Source: Chloroflexota bacterium (GTDB lineage Bacteria; Chloroflexota; Anaerolineae; UBA4142). From it: a stretch of 64,000 nucleotides of DNA. The stretch lies in assembly GCA_016223105.1 (NCBI GenBank), contig JACRPR010000083.1:32724-96723 (forward strand). Direction: 5' to 3'. Below are positions 50,125-59,281 of the stretch, one piece after another (position 1 is the first letter of the stretch; every line of letters starts with the position of its first letter). Both the position numbers and the translations under genes were made by a program. The notes under the pieces were generated by a model. The model saw nothing but the letters and a program-made list of their open reading frames with translations, had not been told where the DNA came from and searched no databases.

Positions 50125-52611
50125 ATGAACCATTTTTTCCGTCGCGCCGAATTTATTTGGCGACCGCGCGATCTAACGCGCGTAACATTTTCGACCGCCG
50201 CGCCGCGTGTGCCGGCAGAAACGAATCGCTTTGTGTACTTTCGTCGCGTGATCGAAATCGCGGACGCGATTCAATCTGCGCCGGTGATGGTTACGGCGGA
50301 TGGACGCTACCAACTTTTCGTCAACGGCGTCCTAGTTGGACGCGGACCCGCACGCAGTAGCGCGGCGTATCGCTACGCCGATCCGTACGATCTCGCGCCG
50401 TACTTGAAACCGGGACGCAACGTGATCGCCGCGCTCGCGCACTCGTACGGACGTAATACCGCGTGGTACGAATTGCCGGGTTGGGATTACGCGCGCGCGT
50501 TTGGATGCGGCGGATTTTTTCTGCAAGGCGAAGTTGTAACCGCGCGCGATGTGGTGCAACTCGACACCGACGCGTCGTGGCGATGTTTGACCGCCGACGT
50601 GTGGCAACGCGATGTGCCATCGAACAGTCTCGGTTTTTCCGAAGTGTACGACGCGCGCCGCGCGCCGGAAAACTGGAACGCGCTCGCGTTCGATGACACA
50701 AGTTGGGAGCACGCGGAAATTTTGCGCGTGCCCGGACGCAATTACACCGGCGATGTGATCCCGTTTCAATTTCTCGCCGTGCGCGATATTCCCGCGCAAC
50801 GCGAAGGTCCGCTCGCGTTTGGCGCGGTGTTGTCGTGCAATGAAATCGCTAACGCGCCGACGTCAAACGATCTCGCCGCGCAAATGGATCAAGAAATCTT
50901 TTTGCCGTTGACGCATTGCCGCGTGATTAATGTCATTGCGAGCGAAGCGAAGCACTCCCCGACTACTGAAATCACCACGACCGACGCGCACAGCGTTTCC
51001 ATCGTGTACGATTTCGGGCAAGTCGTCGCCGGTTATATTCGATTTGAACTCGAAGGCGCGGCGGGCGCGCTTGTGGATTTTTATCCCGGCGAACAACTCT
51101 TGCCCGATGGACGCGTGCGAATCTTCGATGGCATTCCTGGTTTCGACGCGCCAATCGCGCATCGCTACATTTTGTGCGACGGCGCGCAAACCTGGGAACG
51201 CTTCGAGTGGAACGGTTTGCGCTATCTCCAGGTTACGTATCGCAACTGCGCGCAACCTCTGCATGTGCGCGCGGTCGCAGTCAATCAAACCGGGTATCCG
51301 GTTCAAGCGCGCGGACAATTCGAATGTTCCGACGACACGCTCAATCGCATCTGGCACGCCGGCGCGCGCACATTGCAACTGTGTATGCACGACGCGTTTG
51401 TGGATTGCCCTTCGCGCGAGCAACGTCAATGGATGGATGCGTATCTCGACACGCGCATCAATTACGCCGCGTTCGGCGACGCGCAACTCGCCGCGCGAAT
51501 GATGCGGCAGATCGCGCTCTCCCAACGTCCCGAAGGTCTCACGATGATGGCGGCGCCCGGTGATTTCTCAGTCCTGGGTTTCACGAACATCCCCGATTTT
51601 TGTTTGTACTGGATAATGACGATTGGCGATTACATTCAATTCACCGGCGAAACAAAAATCGTGGACGAGTTGTATTCGTCCGTCGTTAAAGCGATTCAAT
51701 GGTTCGAACGCCAACTCAACGCCGAAAATTTATTGACCGATGTGCCGCACTGGGTTTTCGTCGAGTGGGCGGAGACGGATAAAAAAGGTCAGGTCGCCGC
51801 GCTCAACGCGCAATTTGTCGCGGCATTGTGCGTTGCCGCGCAGATCGCGCGCATTGCCGAACATTCGCGCGCCGCGATTTATTTCGATGCACTCGCAACG
51901 CGCGTGCGCGACGCGCTCAACGAATTATTGTGGGATGAATCGCGCGGCGTGTACGCCGATGCGCGACGCGACGGAAAGTTGAGTCGCCGCATCAGCCAGC
52001 AGAGCAACGCGGCGATGATCGCGTTCGACATCGCGCCGCGCGAACGCTGGGATCGAATGTTCGAAACGATCCTCGATGAATCGCGACTCGTGCTCACGCA
52101 CGCACTCGGACACGACGGCGAAGTTACGCCGTTCGATGAAGAAAAAAATGTCGTGCAAGCGCAACCGTTCTATTCACATTTTTTGCACCGGGCATTGCGT
52201 CAAGCCGGAAAATTTGATAATATCATCGCCAACATTCGCGCGCGCTGGAGCGCGATGATCGCGAATGGCGAAAGCACGTTCCGCGAAACGTGGCAGTTGG
52301 AACCGATCACGAGCAAATGTCACGCGTGGTCGGCGACACCGACCTTCGATCTCTCGACCGACATCCTGGGCATCGCGCCGCTCGAACCTGGTTTCGCGCG
52401 ATTCCGCGTCGCGCCGCAAATCGAAAATCTCGCTTGGGCACGCGGCGCGTTCCCAACGCCGCGCGGCGATATTCAAGTCGCGTGGCGTCGCGACGCCAAT
52501 CGTTTTGAATTGTCGCTGACCGTCCCGGAAAATACGCAAGCCGAAATCGTTTTGCCCGCGCGCGAGATAATGATCGTCGGCGCGGGAACACATCGCGTTG
52601 TGGTCGAGTGA
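50125..52611 (+). CDS. Alpha-L-rhamnosidase (GH78)
   Basis: The N-terminal domain reads VTADGRYQLFVNGVLVGRGP. The catalytic (alpha/alpha)6 region has DAFVDCPSREQRQWMDAY. 828 aa. Confidence 0.8.
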   Translation: MNHFFRRAEFIWRPRDLTRVTFSTAAPRVPAETNRFVYFRRVIEIADAIQSAPVMVTADGRYQLFVNGVLVGRGPARSSAAYRYADPYDLAPYLKPGRNVIAALAHSYGRNTAWYELPGWDYARAFGCGGFFLQGEVVTARDVVQLDTDASWRCLTADVWQRDVPSNSLGFSEVYDARRAPENWNALAFDDTSWEHAEILRVPGRNYTGDVIPFQFLAVRDIPAQREGPLAFGAVLSCNEIANAPTSNDLAAQMDQEIFLPLTHCRVINVIASEAKHSPTTEITTTDAHSVSIVYDFGQVVAGYIRFELEGAAGALVDFYPGEQLLPDGRVRIFDGIPGFDAPIAHRYILCDGAQTWERFEWNGLRYLQVTYRNCAQPLHVRAVAVNQTGYPVQARGQFECSDDTLNRIWHAGARTLQLCMHDAFVDCPSREQRQWMDAYLDTRINYAAFGDAQLAARMMRQIALSQRPEGLTMMAAPGDFSVLGFTNIPDFCLYWIMTIGDYIQFTGETKIVDELYSSVVKAIQWFERQLNAENLLTDVPHWVFVEWAETDKKGQVAALNAQFVAALCVAAQIARIAEHSRAAIYFDALATRVRDALNELLWDESRGVYADARRDGKLSRRISQQSNAAMIAFDIAPRERWDRMFETILDESRLVLTHALGHDGEVTPFDEEKNVVQAQPFYSHFLHRALRQAGKFDNIIANIRARWSAMIANGESTFRETWQLEPITSKCHAWSATPTFDLSTDILGIAPLEPGFARFRVAPQIENLAWARGAFPTPRGDIQVAWRRDANRFELSLTVPENTQAEIVLPAREIMIVGAGTHRVVVE
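50932..50960. repeat. Half MITE (GTCATTGCGAGCGAAGCGAAGCACTCCCC) inside the GH78 CDS
   Basis: Translated in-frame as VIASEAKHSP. Confidence 0.7.
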
Positions 52612-52618
52612 AACAATT

Positions 52619-52683
52619 GGATTCGACGCTTTAGCGGGTTGTTGGTCGAGCAATTCACAACAACCCGCTAAAGCGTCGAGTCC
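52619..52683. repeat. Palindromic element GGATTCGACGCTTTAGCGGGTTG...CAACCCGCTAAAGCGTCGAGTCC
   Basis: Near-perfect 27-bp arms immediately after the GH78 stop. Confidence 0.85.
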
Positions 52684-52721
52684 GGGAAAATTTCCAAAAT
52701 AATTTTCAAAAGGAGGCAACG

Positions 52722-54347
52722 ATGCAAGGTTTGATGATGGACTATCAATTGACGTTGACGCCGCTGATGGAACGCGCGCGGCGACTCTTTCCGAAGAAAG
52801 AGATCGTTACCAAAGCCGGTCCGGGTTTGGAGCGGTACACGTACGCGCAAATGACCGAACGCGTTGCGCGGCTCGCGAACGCGCTCGAAAAGTTGGGCGT
52901 CAAGCGCGGCGATCGCGTCGCGACGTTCGCGTGGAACAATGCGCGCCATCTCGAATTGTATTGGGCAGTGCCGTGTATGGGCGCGGTTCTGCATCCGCTC
53001 AATCTGCGTTTGCCCGGCGATCAACTCGCGTACATCGTCGCGCACGCGGACGATCAAATTTTATTTGTTGACCCATCGCTTTTGCCGGCAGTCGAAAAAC
53101 TCGCGCCGCATTTGAAATCGGTGAAACATTTTGTCGTGATGGGCGACAAGGTTCCCGAAGGCACGACGCTCAGCCCGGTTTCGGCGTACGAAGATTTGTT
53201 GAAAAATGCCAGCCCCGAATATCCGTGGCCCAATTTGCACGAGAACGACGCGGCGGCGATGTGTTACACATCGGGAACGACCGGGAATCCGAAAGGCGTC
53301 GTGTATTCGCATCGCGCGATTTATTTGCACTCGCTCGGGATCAGTATGGGCGATTCGTTTGGCTTGTCGGAACGCGACGCGCTGATGCCGGTCGTGCCAA
53401 TGTTTCATGTGCTCGCGTGGGGCACACCGTTTGCGTGCACAATGCTCGGCGCGAAAATCGTTTTTCCCGGACCGCATCTGCAACCGCGCGATCTCGCGGA
53501 ATTGATCCAAGCCGAAAAAGTTACGCTCACTGCCGGCGTGCCGACCTTGTGGATGGGCTTGCTCCACTTGCTCGAAACCGAACGCTACGATCTGTCGAGT
53601 CTGCGCGGCATGATCGTCGGCGGCGCGGCGGCACCGCGATCGATGATCGAAGCGTACGAGAAGAAACATGGTTTGACCGTGATGCACGCGTGGGGCATGA
53701 CCGAGATGACGCCGCTCGGCACCGTGAGCCGGCTCAAAAGTTATCAACTCGATTTGCCGGAAGCGGAACGCTTTGCGATTCGCGCCAAGCAAGGCACAGC
53801 TGTTCCTGGTGTTGAAATTCGCGCGATGGATGAAAGCGGCAAAGAAATTTCCTGGGACGGTAAAGCGTTCGGCGAATTGCAAGTGCGCGGTCCGTGGATC
53901 GCGAGCAGTTATTACAACGACGAACGTTCCGCCGATTCGTTCAAGGATGGTTGGTTCCGCACCGGCGATGTCGTAACGATTGATTCCGAAGGGTTCATTA
54001 TGATCGTGGATCGATCCAAGGATGTGATCAAGAGCGGCGGCGAATGGATTTCGAGCCAGGATTTGGAAAACGCGATTATGGCGCATCCGCAAGTGTTGGA
54101 AGCCGCGGTGATCGCGGTCGCGCATCCGAAATGGCAAGAGCGACCGCTTGCGTGCGTCGTGCCGAAACCGGATTTCAAAGCGACGCTGACGAAAGAAGAC
54201 ATCCTCAAGCACTTGAGTGCGCGCTTTACCAAGATGTATCTGCCGGACGATGTGGTGTTCATCGAAGCCGTGCCGAAAACGAGCGTCGGCAAGTTCGACA
54301 AAAAAGTTTTGCGCGCGCAGTTCAAAGATTACAAATTACCAGAGTAG
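52722..54347 (+). CDS. Fatty-acid/acyl-CoA ligase (AMP-dependent synthetase)
   Basis: The AMP-binding motif is YTSGTTGNPKGVVYSH, with a downstream GWFRTGD. Confidence 0.85.
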   Translation: MQGLMMDYQLTLTPLMERARRLFPKKEIVTKAGPGLERYTYAQMTERVARLANALEKLGVKRGDRVATFAWNNARHLELYWAVPCMGAVLHPLNLRLPGDQLAYIVAHADDQILFVDPSLLPAVEKLAPHLKSVKHFVVMGDKVPEGTTLSPVSAYEDLLKNASPEYPWPNLHENDAAAMCYTSGTTGNPKGVVYSHRAIYLHSLGISMGDSFGLSERDALMPVVPMFHVLAWGTPFACTMLGAKIVFPGPHLQPRDLAELIQAEKVTLTAGVPTLWMGLLHLLETERYDLSSLRGMIVGGAAAPRSMIEAYEKKHGLTVMHAWGMTEMTPLGTVSRLKSYQLDLPEAERFAIRAKQGTAVPGVEIRAMDESGKEISWDGKAFGELQVRGPWIASSYYNDERSADSFKDGWFRTGDVVTIDSEGFIMIVDRSKDVIKSGGEWISSQDLENAIMAHPQVLEAAVIAVAHPKWQERPLACVVPKPDFKATLTKEDILKHLSARFTKMYLPDDVVFIEAVPKTSVGKFDKKVLRAQFKDYKLPE

Positions 54348-54410
54348 GACAAACGCTTTGCGTAAATTTGTCCCAATGACAATGCCTTTGCCAAACGGTC
54401 AGATACTTTT

Positions 54411-54479
54411 TCCCACTGACGGAAAAGAACACGGACGATCAAAAATATAAAATGTCCGTGTTCCCTTCCGTCAGTGGGA
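54411..54479. repeat. Palindromic element TCCCACTGACGGAAAAGAACACGGAC...
   Basis: Inverted arms around an A/T-rich loop, related to 33401-33460. Confidence 0.7.
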
Positions 54480-54516
54480 AAAACGATTGGGGGCTTGGCG
54501 GGGTATTCGATGCGAG

Positions 54517-54945
54517 ATGATAAAGATGATTGATCGCGCACAAGTCGAAACGATGTTTGCAAAATTCGCCGCGAAAGATTTGAACGCGGTGATGGCAATG
54601 TTCGCGGAGGATGCGGTCGTCTTCGATCCGCATTATCCGATCCCGGAAATGAAAGGTAAAGCCGCGATTCAACGCGGGTTTGAGTGGGGCTTGGGCAATA
54701 TCGAAAAACCAGGTTTCAAGTTCCGCAATTTTTGGGCGGACGGCGACAAAGCCGTCGTGGAAGTGGATACGCATCACGTTTTCAAAGGCGGAATGGAATT
54801 GAAATTTCCACAAGTGTTTGTGATCGAAACGCGCGACGGGCGCGTCACGCGTTTGCAAGCGTACGTGCCGTATCCGCCGCCCGGCATCGGCGGTTTGCTC
54901 GCCGGGTTGACGCGCGTAATTTGGAAATTACAGGGGAAACGATGA
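54517..54945 (+). CDS. SnoaL-like / NTF2-fold protein
   Basis: Contains MFAKFAAKDLNAVMAMFAEDAVVFDP. I chose the start at 54517, but it is uncertain. Confidence 0.6.
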   Translation: MIKMIDRAQVETMFAKFAAKDLNAVMAMFAEDAVVFDPHYPIPEMKGKAAIQRGFEWGLGNIEKPGFKFRNFWADGDKAVVEVDTHHVFKGGMELKFPQVFVIETRDGRVTRLQAYVPYPPPGIGGLLAGLTRVIWKLQGKR

Positions 54946-55313
54946 AACAAGTGATTCGAACAAACGATGCGCCCGCGCCGAAAGGTCCGTACTCGCAAGC
55001 GATTCGCGCGAACGGATTTATTTTCGTCGCGGGGCAAATTCCGATTGACGCGCGCGGCAATCTCGCGCCCGGCGAAATCGAAGATCAAACGCGTGTCGTG
55101 CTGAACAACCTGCGCGCGATTTTGCAATCTGCCGGGAGCGATCTGAACAAGGTCGTCAAAACGACCGTGTTCATCGCCGACCTGGGTTTGTTCGCGCGGA
55201 TGAACGCGGTGTACGCGGAATTTTTCGCGACCGACGCGCCCGCGCGCTCAACCGTCCAGGTTGGCTTGCCGCCGGGAATGTTGCTCGAAATCGAGTGCAT
55301 CGCGACAGAATGA
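54942..55313 (+). CDS. RidA family (YjgF/TdcF) enamine/imine deaminase
   Basis: Contains APAPKGPYSQAI...GFIFVAGQIP...ARSTVQV..LP....EIE. It shows ATGA coupling with the upstream gene. Confidence 0.85.
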   Translation: MKQVIRTNDAPAPKGPYSQAIRANGFIFVAGQIPIDARGNLAPGEIEDQTRVVLNNLRAILQSAGSDLNKVVKTTVFIADLGLFARMNAVYAEFFATDAPARSTVQVGLPPGMLLEIECIATE

Positions 55314-55314
55314 A

Positions 55315-55506
55315 TTGGACGCGGACAAACGCAGATGAACGCGGATAATTTTTTTCACATTGCGGTCTGGCGACACCTGGATTCGACCCCTTCGGCTTCG
55401 CTCAGGGCAATTGGCTTTAGCGGGTTGTTTGTCCGGTCCGCGAAGCGAACCGCGTAAACGCTCGAATCCCAAAGTGCGATCAGTGCCAGCGTTCGTCCGC
55501 GTCCAA
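55315..55506. repeat. Nested repeats: a GGATTCGAC..GCTTTAGCGGGTTG element (55379-55469) inside a split TTGGACGCGGACAAACGC element
   Basis: The left half (55315-55348) and right half (55489-55506) of one family flank a copy of a second family. Confidence 0.7.
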
Positions 55507-55525
55507 ATTTTTCAAGGAGATTTCA

Positions 55526-56491
55526 ATGGCTGATCTACATCGCGACAGCATAATCATTGATGGTTTGAACGCGAGCAATTTTTACGCGCCGCGCGTGTTT
55601 GATCGTTTGCGCGCGGGCGGCGTAACCGCGGCGAACGTAACGCTTGCCGCGTGGCACGATTTACAGGAAACGATGAAGATTATCGCGGACATGCTTCACC
55701 TGATCGAAGCGCGCGACGATCTGATCCAGGTGCGCGACGCGGACGACATTACGCGCGCCAAAGCCGCGAACAAACTTGGGATCATTTTCGGTTTTCAAGA
55801 CACCGCGCCGATTGGCGATAATTTGAAAATGCTCGCGGTGTATCGCGCGCTCGGCGTGCGAATCATTCAGTTGACTTACAATCACACGAACCGGGTCGGG
55901 AGCGGCAACTTGATCCCAGACGATCCCGGCTTGACCCAGTTCGGGCGCAACGTGATCGCGGAGATGAATCGGCTTGGCATCCTGGTTGATCTCTCGCACT
56001 GCGGCGTTCGCACAACCTGGGACGCGATTGAAGCGTCAACTAAACCGGTCGCGTTCACGCACGCGAATCCGTTCGCGCTCTGTCCGCATCCGCGCAACAA
56101 ATCGGACGACGCGCTCAAAGCGGTCGCGGCAAAAGGCGGCGTCGTCGGCGGCGTCGTCTTTGCGCCGATGTTGACCGGCGCGGCAACCGCGACGCTCGAC
56201 GAATACCTGCAACGCGTGGATTATCTCGTCAACTTGATCGGCGTTGATCACGTCGGCATCGGTCCCGATTTTATGGAGGAGATGACCGAGGAAGTTTCGG
56301 CGCGCGCGTTAAGTGGGATGCCGCCCGAGGTCGCCGCGAAATTTCGCGCGGTGCAACCGACCCAGGGTTTTGAATCGATCGCGGCGTGCGCGAATGTTAC
56401 GGCAGGTTTAAGCGCGCGCGGTTATCGCGACGCAGATGTGAAAAAAATTATGGGCGAAAATTGGTTGAGATTGTATCGCGCGGTGTGGTAG
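55526..56491 (+). CDS. Membrane dipeptidase (peptidase M19 family)
   Basis: Contains IIDGLN, VDLSHCG and FTHANP. Confidence 0.85.
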   Translation: MADLHRDSIIIDGLNASNFYAPRVFDRLRAGGVTAANVTLAAWHDLQETMKIIADMLHLIEARDDLIQVRDADDITRAKAANKLGIIFGFQDTAPIGDNLKMLAVYRALGVRIIQLTYNHTNRVGSGNLIPDDPGLTQFGRNVIAEMNRLGILVDLSHCGVRTTWDAIEASTKPVAFTHANPFALCPHPRNKSDDALKAVAAKGGVVGGVVFAPMLTGAATATLDEYLQRVDYLVNLIGVDHVGIGPDFMEEMTEEVSARALSGMPPEVAAKFRAVQPTQGFESIAACANVTAGLSARGYRDADVKKIMGENWLRLYRAVW

Positions 56492-56534
56492 GGCAAATTT
56501 CCAATTTGCCCCGTTCGCAAATTGGAAATTTGCG
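56491..56534. repeat. Double hairpin GGGCAAATTTCCAATTTGCCC / GCAAATTGGAAATTTGC
   Basis: Same family as 60914-60960. Confidence 0.8.
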
Positions 56535-57404
56535 TTACGGCATTCCTTCAATCGCGATCTCGCCGCAATAGACCGGCGAGAGGTTGCCCTGCGCGTCGCG
56601 GTATTGCGCGTGCAGTTTGAACGTTTGCCAATTGATCGCGACGCGCACGGGATAAATTTTTTCAGCAACAAAATTTTCCCAGGGCGCGTCGCTCATTTCT
56701 TCGGGCGTTAAACAACGTCCGACCGGACTAGAATTGACGCGCATCTCTTTGATCGCCGCGCGCGGGCTCGTCGCCTCGAATTTGACTTTGATGTCGAGCG
56801 CGCTTCCGGCTTTGCCGCCGACAATCGGTCGCTCACCCACCTCAATTTTTCCACTGATCGGAAACGCCATGCGCGCGTTCGCAATGATCGTTTGCAACGC
56901 GGGCGGTTGCGCGGCGACCGGCGTGCGCTCATCCAGCGCGCCGGTGATTGGCATCCAATTGCTTGCGCGTTCCGCGAAATTATTTCCCGCCGGAATAATC
57001 CCGCCGCGCGCGTCGCGAAATTGCGCGGTCACGCCGTACTCGCGCAAGCCGATCCAATCCACGTTCACTTGCGCGCGCACAGAATTCGCGAACGGCATCC
57101 ACTGCGCCGGCAAATCACACGCGCGCCCCGCGCCGACGCAGTAACGCATTTCCGCGATGTTGTGATCTTTCCAATCGGTTTCGCTCGTTGCATCCATTTG
57201 TTTGAACGGTCGAAACGCGATCGTGATCGTGATCGAATTACCGATGCCGGTCGTGATCGCGCCCGCGCCACCTTCGCCAAAAATCGCGAGGACGACGTGA
57301 CCTTTGATCACGGTAGTTGGCGATGGCACGGGTGTGGGCGTGAGCGGCGCGGCGCATCCCATCGCGCAAACCAGGATCGCGATCCACAGACTCGGAATTT
57401 TCAT
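56535..57404 (-). CDS. Lipoprotein with two copies of an uncharacterised ~95-aa domain
   Basis: The ATG at 57404 has a GGAGG RBS and the lipobox is VCAMGC. The internal repeat pattern is I.EMR..C...W..F...V.V.W....AQ.RDA.G..P. Confidence 0.5.
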   Translation of the reverse strand: MKIPSLWIAILVCAMGCAAPLTPTPVPSPTTVIKGHVVLAIFGEGGAGAITTGIGNSITITIAFRPFKQMDATSETDWKDHNIAEMRYCVGAGRACDLPAQWMPFANSVRAQVNVDWIGLREYGVTAQFRDARGGIIPAGNNFAERASNWMPITGALDERTPVAAQPPALQTIIANARMAFPISGKIEVGERPIVGGKAGSALDIKVKFEATSPRAAIKEMRVNSSPVGRCLTPEEMSDAPWENFVAEKIYPVRVAINWQTFKLHAQYRDAQGNLSPVYCGEIAIEGMP

Positions 57405-57480
57405 TTCGCCTCCGCCGATAGTATAACACAAATCGGCGGGGGAGGCGGACGCGGCGGGCAAGGCGGGCGAGCCGCCCGCG

Positions 57481-59151
57481 CTACTTGGACGCCATCGGCA
57501 AAAAGAGCGCGTGCGCGGTCAGCGCGGCAGTGTACGCGCCGGCGGTGCTGGGCGATGCGCGCACACTGCCCGCGCGATCGCGCGGGATCGCGTTGCTCAA
57601 ATTGCCGGCGGGCACAACCGGCGCAGTCGGCGCGTCGCTCCAACTAAAATCAGGAATCGCGAATGTCGTCGCGCTAAACACATTGCCGCCCGGCGTCGGA
57701 CGAAAATTCCCGGTCGCGGGACTGAGAAACTGCGGTTCAATCGTGTTGATTGAATTGTCCGCGCGCAGTTGCGTCGCGTTGCACGTCGCGTTCGAGGGCT
57801 GGCAACCCTGGGATGAATCTTCAATGCCGAGCGGCATCCCGGTTGAACCGTTCCAAATAATGTTGCCGCGAATTTGCAGATTAACATCCACGCGTGATGG
57901 ATTCGGAATGTTGCGCGTGTGCGCGGGCGGCGTGATCGCGCCGGGAATGTAGAAATGACTGTAGAGCGTTTGCAGAGGCGCGGGGTTGTAAAAAATGTTG
58001 TTGTAGACAAACACACTGCGATTCGGAATCCACTCGCCGCCGTACGCGTATCCTTCGGAAGCCGTGCCCCAGCCGCCCGCGTTCAAAAATCCGTTGCAAA
58101 TCGCGAACGCATTGCCAACGCCGTTCTCGGAAAAATCAATACACCCGCGTCCGCCGCGCGTCGCGTGAACAAGCGAATAGCCGACGCTTGCATCGGTCGC
58201 AACGCGATAGAGTGTGTTGTGCGCGAACAAAATATTGTAACCGCCCGCCGCGCGCAATCCCAGCCCCACGATGTCGCGCAAAATGTTGTTGACGAATTTG
58301 ATGTCGTATGCTTCGTAATGCAACCAGGGCGATTGCATCACTTCGAAATTCGAACCCTCGCCGGCGGAAAATCCAAAACGACAATCGAACAACTCGTTGC
58401 CCTCGACGCGCAGGTACGCTGAGCCGCCTTTCACGTACATACACCACTCGCCCGAATTGTGGAAACGACTGTTGAGAATGTGTCCACTGCGAACCGCGAA
58501 ATAGTCCAACACGGTTTGGTACGTGCCGGACAGATCGCTGTTTTCGAGATAGAGGTAATCGGATTGATTCGCTTTGAACACTTCTTGAAAATCGCCGGGC
58601 GTCAAGCCGGTGATCGTAAGCCCGCGCAGTAAAACGTGATCGCACTGGTCGCAGTGCAAAACATTATTCGCGAACGCGCCCGCCGCGCCGCCGGCTTGAA
58701 TCGTCAAATCGTACAGATAAAGATAATCTACGCTCGCGAGGTTGAGTCCGCCTTGAAGCGTTACCGTGCCCGCGCCGTTCATCGCGCGAATAATCAATGG
58801 ATGCGCGTATGTGCCGTGCCGATTGTCGAAATAGTTGATGCAATCGCCGTAGCACGGAATCGCGCCGGGCAAAATGTTGATGCGATACGCGTGCGTCGTC
58901 AACGAAACCGGGACGAGATTCCACGCGGCGAATAAACCGCGCACCGCGCGATTGCTCGCCAAGCCGTCGTTGCCGTCATCGCCATTCACTGGGTCAACCC
59001 AGAGTTCGATGATGGGACTGGGATTGCCTGGATCGTAATCACGCGGGGCGCGCGTTTGGCTCTGCGCGGACACGGGTGAAAGCAAAAACACAAAACCAAT
59101 CACAACGATCAAAGCCAGCATAGTTGGATTGCACGCGTCACTGTTTTTCAA
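57481..59151 (-). CDS. Secreted right-handed parallel beta-helix repeat protein (polysaccharide lyase/hydrolase-like)
   Basis: It has a signal peptide and beta-helix-type repeats (NNVLHCDQCDHVLLRGLTITG, NILFAHNTLYR and others). Confidence 0.55.
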   Translation of the reverse strand: MKNSDACNPTMLALIVVIGFVFLLSPVSAQSQTRAPRDYDPGNPSPIIELWVDPVNGDDGNDGLASNRAVRGLFAAWNLVPVSLTTHAYRINILPGAIPCYGDCINYFDNRHGTYAHPLIIRAMNGAGTVTLQGGLNLASVDYLYLYDLTIQAGGAAGAFANNVLHCDQCDHVLLRGLTITGLTPGDFQEVFKANQSDYLYLENSDLSGTYQTVLDYFAVRSGHILNSRFHNSGEWCMYVKGGSAYLRVEGNELFDCRFGFSAGEGSNFEVMQSPWLHYEAYDIKFVNNILRDIVGLGLRAAGGYNILFAHNTLYRVATDASVGYSLVHATRGGRGCIDFSENGVGNAFAICNGFLNAGGWGTASEGYAYGGEWIPNRSVFVYNNIFYNPAPLQTLYSHFYIPGAITPPAHTRNIPNPSRVDVNLQIRGNIIWNGSTGMPLGIEDSSQGCQPSNATCNATQLRADNSINTIEPQFLSPATGNFRPTPGGNVFSATTFAIPDFSWSDAPTAPVVPAGNLSNAIPRDRAGSVRASPSTAGAYTAALTAHALFLPMASK

Positions 59152-59281
59152 TCTAATCCTCCCCAGAAAATCAACTTTGATTATACGGTTACGCCAGATT
59201 ATAACAACAGGAAATTGTGGGGATAGGCGAACAAAAAACCTTGCGAATGGCTTTGAACTTTCGCAAGGTTTTGTTTCACAT

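Noticed and set aside
53061-54212. 383-aa minus-strand ORF
   Set aside because: It is antisense to the acyl-CoA ligase gene, which has canonical AMP-binding motifs.
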